Part shown: in pieces, positions 55,544 to 64,000 of the stretch | How the letters are laid out: the number at the start of each line of letters is the position of its first letter | Numbering within the stretch: position 1 is the stretch's first letter | Origin: a virus | Direction: 5' to 3' (one strand) | Length of the DNA: 64,000 nt | Virus record (IMG/VR): IMGVR_UViG_3300005663_000028 | Location: 1 to 64,000 of that record | The notes under the pieces: model-generated | Seen by the model: only the letters and a program-made list of their open reading frames with translations | What the model was told of the DNA's origin: nothing | The model's database searches: none | Program-made: the position numbers and the translations under genes

Positions 55544-56662
55544 ATGCCAGGTACTCAATCTAGGCTGTATTACGCAATTCAGGCAGTGGGTTTTGCGCCG
55601 CACGATACGCTGTGTCCACTGGATGCAGCTAATGAACATCCGGGTTCTGGAACGCATCCGTCTGGGTTTATAACGGCACATGGTATGCAAAGTGTAAGTT
55701 TGAATACTACATTTAATCTTGACCCGCTGTTTCAGTTAGGTCAATTGGAACTTTATGAAAATGTCGAGGGTATTCCTGAGATTGAGATGACAGCACAAAA
55801 GGTGCTCGATGGTTATCCGTTGTTATATCACCTAGCTACTCCGGGAGCTTCGTCTGCTACGCTGGTTGGGCGATCTAGCGAAAGGTGTTTTGTTGGCCTA
55901 AATGTTTATCCAGACACATTTGATAATGCATCAGGAACTCCATTACAGTCTGTCGGCATGTCCGGAATGTATGTTTCGTCCCTGGGATATACCCTGAATG
56001 TCGAAGGAAGTTCTACAGAAGATGTTACCCTCGTTGGTAACGACAAAGAATGGACCGCCAGCGGTTTAGATCACTTTGTGCCAACTGAGTTTGATGGTGC
56101 CGATGTTCCACAGTCACTAGCCGCTTCTGGTGGTATTGCTCGTAGGGAAAACATCCTTATGGGTTCCGGCTGTTCTATGGACAGTTCGGCTGTAATTACC
56201 GGTACTAGTGGGAGTATTTTCCCAACAGATATTGATGGAATTAGTGCTGATGGCTGGAACCTTGAATCTGGCGATTCGTTTGCCGCCCACCTTCAAACCA
56301 TCAACGTTAATGTTGATCTTGGTCGTGAAGAGTTATTTGAACTTGGTCGAAGAGGGGCGTATTATCGGTTTGTTGCATTCCCAACCGAAGTTACCTGTTC
56401 AATTGAGATTACAACGTCTCAGGGTGATTTAGTAGACGCCATGGCTGATCCGGTTGGTGGAAGTAATCTCACTAATCAAAAGATTTTCTTCTGGGTCGAA
56501 GAGGGAACTCGAATAAATCTTGGGACCAAGAATAAACTGGCGTCGATCACTTATGGTGGGGGAGACACTGGCGGTGGGAACGTGCAAACAGTACTCAACT
56601 ATCAAAACTTTAACAGTTGTACTGTAACACATGTCTCAGACCCTGCCGGTCTATCTACCTAG
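55544..56662 (+). CDS. major tail (tube) protein
   Basis: HGMQSVSLNT.F......GQLE.YEN; Q......DLGREELFELG.RG.Y.R.V.FP.EVTC; followed by a terminator. Confidence 0.75.
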   Translation: MPGTQSRLYYAIQAVGFAPHDTLCPLDAANEHPGSGTHPSGFITAHGMQSVSLNTTFNLDPLFQLGQLELYENVEGIPEIEMTAQKVLDGYPLLYHLATPGASSATLVGRSSERCFVGLNVYPDTFDNASGTPLQSVGMSGMYVSSLGYTLNVEGSSTEDVTLVGNDKEWTASGLDHFVPTEFDGADVPQSLAASGGIARRENILMGSGCSMDSSAVITGTSGSIFPTDIDGISADGWNLESGDSFAAHLQTINVNVDLGREELFELGRRGAYYRFVAFPTEVTCSIEITTSQGDLVDAMADPVGGSNLTNQKIFFWVEEGTRINLGTKNKLASITYGGGDTGGGNVQTVLNYQNFNSCTVTHVSDPAGLST

Positions 56663-56686
56663 GATGCGACTATTGAATAATCAATG

Positions 56687-56722
56687 AATCGGGGTGGTTT
56701 TCGGACCGCCTCGATTTTTTTT
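56687..56722 (+). terminator. rho-independent terminator
   Basis: AATCGGGGTGGT-T-TTCG-G-ACCGCCTCGATT stem with G.U pairs, then a T run. Confidence 0.8.
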
Positions 56723-56780
56723 ATTTTATACGCAATAAAGACGTCGTTTGTGCGTATAATGATATGGAGGTAATTCGGAC

Positions 56781-57599
56781 ATGAAAAAGGAAACTACACA
56801 ATACCGTATTGATAATCACCTATGTGTTCGGTGTGGAGAATTGGCTGTTCCCAATAGACGGTCGTGTAGTAAACATCTTGAAGTAAATAGACTTAAGGAG
56901 GAAAAGAAGCGGGAACGTAGAAAAAACAAAAATGTTTGTATTAGGTGCGGACAACGACCGCCTAGGCCCAACAAGGCACAGTGTGAGATTTGTGTTGAAG
57001 GAAGCAGGGGTCAGTATAACGAAACAAAGATGAATACCTACTATCAGCGTCGATCTGCCAGTTGTTGTGTTCGATGCGGTACGCCAACTAGTAGTTTTTC
57101 GGTTCACTGCAACGTTTGTAGCGAGTATATGAAAAAAAAAGACAATAAATACTATCACAGAATTAAAAACAGTGGAGTGTGTGTTCATTGTCGCAAATCT
57201 CAACCTATAGAAAACGAGATATTGTGTTCGGCCTGTAAAAAGAAAAGCAAAATTGCGGGCAAAGACAGTAGGATTAAACTAAAGTTTTCGGTATTTCAGC
57301 ATTATGGCGGAAAATGTCAGGTGTGTAAAGAAATAGACATGGATGTATTGGCTATAGACCATATTAATAATGACGGAGCAGAGCATCGCAAACAACTCAA
57401 GCTGCAAGGAACAACAATTTACAGGTGGTTGGCTAAGAATAATTTTCCATCTGGATTCCAGGTTTTATGCTACAACTGCAATATTAAAAAATACCTTAAA
57501 GAAGATACGTGCCCCCACCAAGACCAGTCCGATCACCAATCACCCCCTCCCAATCGTACCTTATCGGTCAAAACTCGTTACGCACTTCCAGAAGAATAA
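56781..57599 (+). CDS. HNH endonuclease with N-terminal zinc-finger repeats
   Basis: repeated CxxC..R units; HYGGKC.VC...L.IDHI.NDG..H...QVLCYNCN. Confidence 0.85.
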   Translation: MKKETTQYRIDNHLCVRCGELAVPNRRSCSKHLEVNRLKEEKKRERRKNKNVCIRCGQRPPRPNKAQCEICVEGSRGQYNETKMNTYYQRRSASCCVRCGTPTSSFSVHCNVCSEYMKKKDNKYYHRIKNSGVCVHCRKSQPIENEILCSACKKKSKIAGKDSRIKLKFSVFQHYGGKCQVCKEIDMDVLAIDHINNDGAEHRKQLKLQGTTIYRWLAKNNFPSGFQVLCYNCNIKKYLKEDTCPHQDQSDHQSPPPNRTLSVKTRYALPEE

Positions 57600-57645
57600 T
57601 TCTCGGACCATAAAATTTTTGTTTTTTGATGGGACATTTGGGGGT

Positions 57646-57699
57646 GTGGGACGTACAATGGTATTGGGAAGTACCCAATACCGTGAGCTTCGCACCTTT
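57646..57699 (+). promoter_or_regulatory. ACGTACAAT + hairpin + GAGCTTCGCAC leader element (A5)
   Basis: GTGGGACGTACAAT-GGTATTGG-GAAGTAC-CCAATACC-GTGAGCTTCGCAC-CTTT. Confidence 0.75.
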
Positions 57700-57712
57700 G
57701 AAGAGTAGAACG

Positions 57713-57895
57713 ATGACTAGAGCAAAAGGACAATGTTCCAAATGTAGTAGAATGACATCCGAGGAACGATTTCGTTTTTTTGAACTTCTTTGGAAGTGTG
57801 ACTTAATATTAGAGAAGAAACTGTGGCAAGGAATACTTTGCAAAAATTGTCATGAAGAATTAGTTCAAAAACTGATCACTTTTGTGTCTAGCTAA
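57713..57895 (+). CDS. small zinc-finger protein
   Basis: CSKC...CKNC; starts after element A5. Confidence 0.55.
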   Translation: MTRAKGQCSKCSRMTSEERFRFFELLWKCDLILEKKLWQGILCKNCHEELVQKLITFVSS

Positions 57896-57896
57896 G
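57877..57896 (+). repeat. 20-bp element (B4)
   Basis: CACTTTTGTGTCTAGCTAAG. Confidence 0.75.
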
Positions 57897-57919
57897 CTGT
57901 CACAACAAAGAGAACCTTA

Positions 57920-58723
57920 ATGACGTGTCCAATTAAATTCAAATATGAATACGAGAATCAATTTTACCCCAGACAACTGGGGAAGTGGAAGAATTATATT
58001 GACGATATTGCCCGTTCCTGTGGTATTCCAGAATCTATTTTGAACGCAGAACCAGACTATGCACGGAAAGAACGAGCGAAGGAGAGAGTAATGTTAACCT
58101 ATCCTAAAGTCACATACGTGAAAACTATTTATCGACCTCCAGTGTGCATAGAATTTAAGTCAGGCGATGAGTTTAATTTTACCGATAAGGATGCAGCCCT
58201 GTTAGCCGATATTGCGCGTGTCGTGAACTTTCAAAGGGTTTGTGAATTCGTAGCTGAACCGATTTATGCGGTTTGGGATGTTAATGTTTATTGGAAGTCG
58301 TGCGACGAATTTTGCATCAACAGTCGCCTTAGAAGTAATGGTGCTATCGTTGACACTACTCTGAGCGCCGAACAGGCACTACATCTATCAGACGAGTTAA
58401 ATAAAGTCTTGAATGCCCAAAGGGCCAAACTTGGGGATATCATTCGGATCAAAAGAAATAATTTTGATCCATCGTGGATGCAAAAGAATGAATACGAAGT
58501 AATTGGAAATTCGAATTGTTTTGCAGACGACGAAATAACGGTAAAAACACGCCGTGGTTCATATTATGTGGAGTCTGGTGATTATGATATAATCCGTCGG
58601 GCAAATGGGCTTGTTACTACCGGTAAAGAAAAGACGGTATGTCAAGACTGTAAAGGGACCGGGCGGATTACTATGTTGATTCGGGATGTTGACTGTGACT
58701 GTGTGAAAAACACAGTCACGTAA
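57920..58723 (+). CDS. hypothetical protein with C-terminal DnaJ-like zinc ribbon
   Basis: CQDCKGTG...CDC. Confidence 0.7.
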   Translation: MTCPIKFKYEYENQFYPRQLGKWKNYIDDIARSCGIPESILNAEPDYARKERAKERVMLTYPKVTYVKTIYRPPVCIEFKSGDEFNFTDKDAALLADIARVVNFQRVCEFVAEPIYAVWDVNVYWKSCDEFCINSRLRSNGAIVDTTLSAEQALHLSDELNKVLNAQRAKLGDIIRIKRNNFDPSWMQKNEYEVIGNSNCFADDEITVKTRRGSYYVESGDYDIIRRANGLVTTGKEKTVCQDCKGTGRITMLIRDVDCDCVKNTVT

Positions 58724-58749
58724 AAGAAAAAAATTGGGATTGTAATGAA

Positions 58750-60675
58750 ATGAACATCAAACAACTAGAAAAAGCAAGTGCTACATATTATACTGGCAGT
58801 CCTATAATGACTGACGCCGAATTTGATGCGGCTATAGCCGAATTGCGTCAAAATGATCCAGATCACCCATTCTTGAAACGCATCGGCGCACCAACCCCCG
58901 GAACTGTTAAGGCTAAGCATCAAATTCCTATGGGTAGCTTAGCCAATGCAAACAACGAAAAAGAACTCAAAACGTGGATACTTAGATGTGAATTAGCCAT
59001 ACCACACTCTACTTCTGCCTTGTGTCTATCGCACAAACTGGACGGCTCTTCCCTAGAACTTATTTACGAGAACGGTTCATTTGTGCAGGCAATTACTCGT
59101 GGAGACGGGGAAGAGGGGGAGGATGTAACTAAAAATGTCCTACTTTCAAGAAATGTTCCTCTCTCGGTTAATCCATCAATAACTTCCGTTAGGTGTGAAT
59201 GTTTGATCCATAAGAAGGACTGGGCGGAACATTTCGGGGGAGATGCAAATCCGAGAAATTCTGCCGCTGGAACACTACGAAGACATGATGGTAAAAATGC
59301 TCAATATCTTCGCTTTTATGCATTTGATATGATGGTAAATGGTGATGTTCCAAACTCCGAGACCACCAGAATGTTGGTTTTAGCAAAATGGTTCAATGTT
59401 CCAAATAACTTGTTCGTATCCTCCAACGAAAAAGCATATTTACCAGAACATACACAATTGGGGTACACGATAAATTGGTGTAAAGAACAGGAAACAAAAA
59501 GAGACAACTTTCCGTATGAAATTGACGGTGTTGTTGTTAAAATAGACAACCGCGAAATATCAGAACAATTAGGAATTACGGACAATCGCCCAAAGGGACA
59601 AATCGCCGTCAAATTCGAGCCCCGTGGTGGCGAAACCATCCTAAACAATGTGGTGTGGCAAGTGGGTCATACGGGCGAGATAACCCCCGTGGGAAAGGTG
59701 AACCCAGTGGGCGTCGGTGGAGTCACAGTCCGCAGTGCTAACCTATACAACACGGACGAGATTGAGAGACTGGGGATACGCATTGGAGATACAGTAGAAG
59801 TAGTACGAGCCGGAGATGTAATTCCCAAGGTCACCAAACTCGTTTGTTCTAGTACAGATGGTGTCGAGATCAAACCTCCGAAGAAGTGCCCGGAGTGTGG
59901 AAGCAAGACAGAAAAAGATGGGGTTAGGCTTTATTGTCAAAATAGATGGTGTGGTGGTCGATCATTTGCCCGTGTTATGACATGGATTAAAAAGCGAAAT
60001 ATCCTACACATAGGAGAAGGTTTGGTTGAGTCTGCCGCAATAGACGAGACTCGTCAATTGTATGTTCTGTCTTATGCCGACTGGGCTAGGGTCAAGGTGG
60101 GTAATGGTGTGTGGGGTAAAAAAAGAGCAAGTAGTGTTGTGGCGGCTTTGGAGAAATCAAAGAATGTTACACTAGCTGATTTCTTGGGTTCCATCGGAAT
60201 ACCAGGAATTGGTAGAACGTTGACTCGTCAATTATGTGATAGTCTAGATGATAGACCCAATAGCCAATTAACGCTCAGCGATATGTTTCAGTTACTACCG
60301 TCACTAATAATGAAACAGGCGGGGTTTGGAGAATCTAGAGCCAATGATTTTTGTAATTGGTTGAAAGAATACAGAGAAGAAATTAGTGATCTGGCTTTGT
60401 TTATGAATTTTGAGGAGGAAGTAAAAATGGAAAGCGACAACAGGCAGTTTGATGGAGAAGTAATTTGTTTTACCGGTAAGTCTCCAAGGCCGCGTGTGGA
60501 GATGAGTCAATTGGCAGAATCCGCTGGTGCTTCAGTTAGTAGTTCTGTGAGTTCAAAAACAACTATCCTTGTCATAGCTGATGTTGAGAGTCAATCGAAA
60601 AAGGCGGTTAAGGCGAGAGAAATGGGAGTCAGGCTGATGTCCCCCGAAGATTTTTTGGATTTTTGTGGGATATAG
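58750..60675 (+). CDS. ligA: NAD-dependent DNA ligase
   Basis: HKLDG adenylation motif, TRGDG..GEDVT, NPRN.AAG, YEIDGVV.K, OB fold, zinc finger, BRCT. Confidence 0.96.
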   Translation: MNIKQLEKASATYYTGSPIMTDAEFDAAIAELRQNDPDHPFLKRIGAPTPGTVKAKHQIPMGSLANANNEKELKTWILRCELAIPHSTSALCLSHKLDGSSLELIYENGSFVQAITRGDGEEGEDVTKNVLLSRNVPLSVNPSITSVRCECLIHKKDWAEHFGGDANPRNSAAGTLRRHDGKNAQYLRFYAFDMMVNGDVPNSETTRMLVLAKWFNVPNNLFVSSNEKAYLPEHTQLGYTINWCKEQETKRDNFPYEIDGVVVKIDNREISEQLGITDNRPKGQIAVKFEPRGGETILNNVVWQVGHTGEITPVGKVNPVGVGGVTVRSANLYNTDEIERLGIRIGDTVEVVRAGDVIPKVTKLVCSSTDGVEIKPPKKCPECGSKTEKDGVRLYCQNRWCGGRSFARVMTWIKKRNILHIGEGLVESAAIDETRQLYVLSYADWARVKVGNGVWGKKRASSVVAALEKSKNVTLADFLGSIGIPGIGRTLTRQLCDSLDDRPNSQLTLSDMFQLLPSLIMKQAGFGESRANDFCNWLKEYREEISDLALFMNFEEEVKMESDNRQFDGEVICFTGKSPRPRVEMSQLAESAGASVSSSVSSKTTILVIADVESQSKKAVKAREMGVRLMSPEDFLDFCGI

Positions 60676-60682
60676 GGGTTGG

Positions 60683-60736
60683 TTAGACGTATAATAAGGT
60701 ATCGGGGGTACCCGATCCCGGAGCTTTCACATTTTG
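60683..60736 (+). promoter_or_regulatory. ACGTATAAT + hairpin + GAGCTTTCAC leader element (A6)
   Basis: TTAGACGTATAATAA-GGTATCGGG-GGTA-CCCGATCCC-GGAGCTTTCAC-ATTTT. Confidence 0.75.
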
Positions 60737-60746
60737 GAGACCTAAG

Positions 60747-60932
60747 ATGGATGACGACATAAAAGGGTTCTTTGTTGGATTGGTAGTTGGGTTAATCATA
60801 ATGGCAATAACGATATCGTCTCCGTTCGTGGGTTGCAGATCAGACTTTCAGAAAGAAGCAATTGGGAATGGATGTGGAAAACTGAACTGCGATATAAACG
60901 GTGCGTGTGAATTTGAATGGAATTGCGAATAG
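60747..60932 (+). CDS. small membrane protein
   Basis: N-terminal transmembrane helix; GGAG SD. Confidence 0.6.
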   Translation: MDDDIKGFFVGLVVGLIIMAITISSPFVGCRSDFQKEAIGNGCGKLNCDINGACEFEWNCE

Positions 60933-61033
60933 GAGAGATTAGATGGGTTGTTGTACTCTTAGTTTTATCCTTGGTGTGCTTGTTATGGCCATTATAGCAG
61001 GAATGATTGTTCGTAAGTAACAGGAGGGACGGT

Positions 61034-61198
61034 ATGAGAAAAACAATGACACCAGAAGAAGTATCGCAAAAATGTTTTGAACAATTTTCCAATTTAACGA
61101 TAAATGTGTCTGATGAAGATAGATGGGAAGCTGCGGCAGAACTTCAGGCTACCCTTGAGGGTGTCTTGATGGAAAGAGATGAACTGAATAATGAGTAG
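61034..61198 (+). CDS. small hypothetical protein
   Basis: ATG at 61034 with an AGGAGG SD. Confidence 0.55.
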   Translation: MRKTMTPEEVSQKCFEQFSNLTINVSDEDRWEAAAELQATLEGVLMERDELNNE

Positions 61199-61282
61199 TA
61201 GCCGAAGAAAAACAGAAACTGTTACGGTAAGGTCTCCCGTTAAATGTCCTCATTGTGGGGAAAACTGTTTAAGGAGCATCGA

Positions 61283-61597
61283 ATGACAACAACAAGAGAT
61301 GGACACCAACTGTCAATTGGTGAGAAATACACGGTAGTATCATTTGTTGAGGATACTCAAGATATTGAGTCGACAACCGAGTGTATCTATTGGGGCAATT
61401 GGGTTCAAGACAATACTCATTGTTTAGGTGCCATGGGAAATAGTTGTTCTGGTTGGTTCCCACAGACCCTTAATATACATCGTTTTATCCCGATAGATGT
61501 CGATGAGAACTTTGAGCTTATAAAATGTGAGGTTGGAGAATTGGTAGTCAAACACCCATCTGTAATAGAGTCGGTTGTTGTAAGGCGACTTAAGTAA
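61283..61597 (+). CDS. hypothetical protein
   Basis: ATG at 61283 with an AAGGAG SD. Confidence 0.6.
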   Translation: MTTTRDGHQLSIGEKYTVVSFVEDTQDIESTTECIYWGNWVQDNTHCLGAMGNSCSGWFPQTLNIHRFIPIDVDENFELIKCEVGELVVKHPSVIESVVVRRLK

Positions 61598-61622
61598 TAT
61601 CTAGGGGGAGCCCAGAGCCCTC

Positions 61623-61642
61623 CACTTTTGTGTCTTGCTAAC
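61623..61642 (+). repeat. 20-bp element (B5)
   Basis: CACTTTTGTGTCTTGCTAAC. Confidence 0.8.
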
Positions 61643-61657
61643 TCCAAAGGAGAAAAA

Positions 61658-61810
61658 ATGGACGACAATAAAAAAATCGAAATGATTTCAATTCCTATCA
61701 CTACATATAATCAACTGATTAAAGATCGGGAGTGGTTAGAAGCATTAGAGGCTGCTGGGGTGGATAACTGGGAGGGTTGTGATGTGGCCCGCGAATCTCT
61801 CGACAACTAA
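61658..61810 (+). CDS. small hypothetical phage protein
   Basis: AAGGAG SD; WLEALEAAGVDNWEG motif common in small phage proteins. Confidence 0.65.
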   Translation: MDDNKKIEMISIPITTYNQLIKDREWLEALEAAGVDNWEGCDVARESLDN

Positions 61811-61975
61811 GGTGTATCCCGATAACAGAACGGTTATCGTAAGAAACGTTGATCCAGAATGTGTCCCTGACTGGTTAGAATGGGGTTATTTGCTCTGTCG
61901 AATGGCTAATTTTGGTACTTTGACAATTGATCCATTGACGAAGAGACCAAAGAACTGTGGTATAGTGGTATTGAA

Positions 61976-62551
61976 ATGAAAACACTAATAAGTGAACAAC
62001 AACTTCAGACCAGAATTACGGAAATGGCTCTTGAGATCGATTCGTATTACATGGCTCAGGAGTGGTATCGGAACACACAAGAGCCAGTGATTGTTGTTGG
62101 TGTATTAACAGGTGCTTTATTTTTCATGGCTGATTTGATTCGGAAATTATCCATTCGTATCGAACTTGATTTTATGAGGGTATCAACGTATCCAGGCAAG
62201 GCAACAGTAGCCCAGAAACCAAAAATTATTACTCCACCAGACAGATCATTGCGAGATGCTCATATATTATTGGTAGATGATATCCTGGATACCGGTAAGA
62301 CAATTAAGGTGGTAAAAAAATGGTTGTCATGGCCAGTTCCTGAAGATATATGGACTTGTGTATTACTACGTAAGCCGGATAAGAATTCTGAAGTAAAAGC
62401 AGATTTTGTGGGGTTTGATGTTCCTGATGAGTTTTTGATAGGATATGGATTGGATCACGACGGAAAATTTAGAGAAATGCCATACGTGGCATTTCTTTCA
62501 GAAGAGGAGATGAGTAATGAATCTTTCGCAAGCAAGAAAGAAGTTAGATGA
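61976..62551 (+). CDS. hpt: hypoxanthine phosphoribosyltransferase
   Basis: VGVL.GA..FMADLIR, ILLVDDILDTG.T, LL.K, GF.VPDEF..GYGLD. Confidence 0.93.
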   Translation: MKTLISEQQLQTRITEMALEIDSYYMAQEWYRNTQEPVIVVGVLTGALFFMADLIRKLSIRIELDFMRVSTYPGKATVAQKPKIITPPDRSLRDAHILLVDDILDTGKTIKVVKKWLSWPVPEDIWTCVLLRKPDKNSEVKADFVGFDVPDEFLIGYGLDHDGKFREMPYVAFLSEEEMSNESFASKKEVR

Positions 62552-62825
62552 AATTAGTAAATCTACTGGAACTAAACACGTAAAGGTGTTGGTAAGTGAA
62601 CTGTGCAAAGTATTGCACTCAGTACTAAGTGCGATAGAACGTATTGAAAAATCTATGCATCCTTTGCAGACAATTACTTTTCCGAAACAGAACCCAGTGC
62701 CGCCAACTGAGACGGGTCTCCCTACAACAAACCCCATTGATCCACCGTTTACTCCAAGGCCATTTAGGTCTCCACCAATTAAAGACCCATTTGATGCAAG
62801 GCAGCTTGAGGGGGATTCAGAGTAG
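62517..62825 (+). CDS. hypothetical protein, Pro-rich tail
   Basis: GAGGAG SD. Confidence 0.55.
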   Translation: MNLSQARKKLDEISKSTGTKHVKVLVSELCKVLHSVLSAIERIEKSMHPLQTITFPKQNPVPPTETGLPTTNPIDPPFTPRPFRSPPIKDPFDARQLEGDSE

Positions 62826-63793
62826 TGTTCAACACGCCGGAACATACATGTGATATTGTCGAGGTACGGCTAGAGCCGCATCCGAATGCCGATAAGCTAA
62901 GTTTGGTCCGGGTCGGCGATTATCAATGTGCGGTGAGAACAACCGATTGGTCCGATGGAGACCTTGCTGTTTTTATTCCTCCGGACAGTGTTGTGCCAGA
63001 CACCAAAGAGTTTGAGTTTTTAGGCAAACACCGTCGCATTAAGGCCCGCAAGCTACGGGGTGAGTGGTCGGTTGGTTTGTTAATTCCGGCACCTGTTGGG
63101 GCTGATCTTGGACAGGACTGTATGGAGATGTTGGGGATAGTTCATTATGAGCCGCAAGTACACGGGCATTTTTCGACGGGTGGAGACAATGTAACACCAC
63201 CAGAAGGATTTTTCCCAAAGTATGATGTATTAAATTTCCGCAAGTACTCCGATCTGTTTGGTGATGGGGAGGAAGTTGTTGTTACCGAAAAAATACACGG
63301 TGCGAATGCACGTTTTGTTTGTGTCAATGATACTATGTATTGCGGTTCTCGTAGCAACTGGAAAAGGATGGACCCCAATAATCTGTGGTGGAAAGTTTTG
63401 GAACGACATCCTGCACTGGAGGCATGGCTACGACACAATTATGGGTGGGGTATTTATGGAGAAGCTTTCGGGCAGGTTCAGAATTTGAAATACGGCGCTG
63501 TACCCGATAATGACATTTTCTTTGCAACTTTCGATATTCTTGATGGAAATAGGTGGATGGACTTTGACGAGGCCCGTAGTGTTGGGGCTCCTCTTCCTTG
63601 GGTTCCATTGGTTTATAGAGGGCCTTTTGATAAAGATAAGATTCTTGCGATGGCAGAAGGGGATAGTTTGTGGCCCGGAGCGAATCATCATCTTGAGGGC
63701 GTGGTCGTAAAACCAGTAAAGGAACGGACTGATCGTCGACTTGGAAGGGTGCAATTGAAGATAGTAGGAAATAAATATCTTTCCAAAAGCTAA
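62825..63793 (+). CDS. RNA ligase (DRB0094 / Rnl2-like family)
   Basis: HPNADKL OB-like start, TEKIHG adenylation motif, YGE.FG, FDI, EGVVVKP, LK. Confidence 0.88.
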   Translation: MFNTPEHTCDIVEVRLEPHPNADKLSLVRVGDYQCAVRTTDWSDGDLAVFIPPDSVVPDTKEFEFLGKHRRIKARKLRGEWSVGLLIPAPVGADLGQDCMEMLGIVHYEPQVHGHFSTGGDNVTPPEGFFPKYDVLNFRKYSDLFGDGEEVVVTEKIHGANARFVCVNDTMYCGSRSNWKRMDPNNLWWKVLERHPALEAWLRHNYGWGIYGEAFGQVQNLKYGAVPDNDIFFATFDILDGNRWMDFDEARSVGAPLPWVPLVYRGPFDKDKILAMAEGDSLWPGANHHLEGVVVKPVKERTDRRLGRVQLKIVGNKYLSKS

Positions 63794-63830
63794 GGTATCG
63801 GACAAGCCGATCCCATGGAGGAGAAGCACA
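63794..63830 (+). promoter_or_regulatory. partial hairpin leader element (A7)
   Basis: GGTATCGG-ACAAG-CCGATCCC-ATG...; tail degenerate. Confidence 0.5.
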
Positions 63831-64000
63831 GACATGTGGTGTAGCAGAGAAAAAAGACAAAAACGGAAAAGAGCTATTCGCGAAAAAGCACTTAAGAACT
63901 TATCTTCGGAGCAATTTGGCGAACTAGCAGGTTATCTATATAAAGAGGGGTTGATAGGGTTAGACCTTAAGCCCATAAAACAAAGAAAGGAATAAATAAT

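Noticed and set aside
1-64000. Diversity-generating retroelement, retron or stop-codon recoding
   Set aside because: No reverse transcriptase motif or adenine-variant repeat pair is seen; known genes are full length under the standard code

Overview
This window is part of a large tailed dsDNA bacteriophage genome with standard genetic code and Shine-Dalgarno-led genes; the host cannot be assigned from the sequence. (1) 1-8.3 kb: a leftward arm of small genes under canonical sigma70 promoters. From about 3.4 to 8.85 kb it is visibly more GC-rich and is saturated with the motif (GT)CCGATAA, about 54 exact 7-mer copies by manual count, even inside coding sequence. (2) 8444-8706: a 17-bp tandem array at the divergence point. 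(3) 9.2-21.8 kb rightward and 21.8-28.0 kb leftward: accessory and metabolic genes (DEDDh exonuclease, AAA ATPase, two ATP-grasp-like proteins, two DNA methyltransferases, MazG, ClpP-like protease, HNH nucleases). (4) 28.2-56.7 kb: late module with a sigma factor, putative TerS, glycosyltransferase, SEC-C protein, GDP-mannose 4,6-dehydratase, ERCC4 nuclease, TerL, portal, protease/scaffold, major capsid, large modular virion proteins, neck/tail-completion proteins and tail tube, interrupted by free-standing homing-endonuclease-like genes. (5) 57.6-64 kb: NAD-dependent DNA ligase, HPRT, RNA ligase. The most striking unexplained signals are non-coding: the CCGATAA-saturated arm, a recurring promoter + covarying hairpin + GAGCTTCGCAC leader element (7-8 copies), a recurring 20-bp CACTTTTGTGTCTNGCTAAC element (5 copies), and three apparent promoter classes. 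All product calls come from motif recognition by eye; no database search was run.
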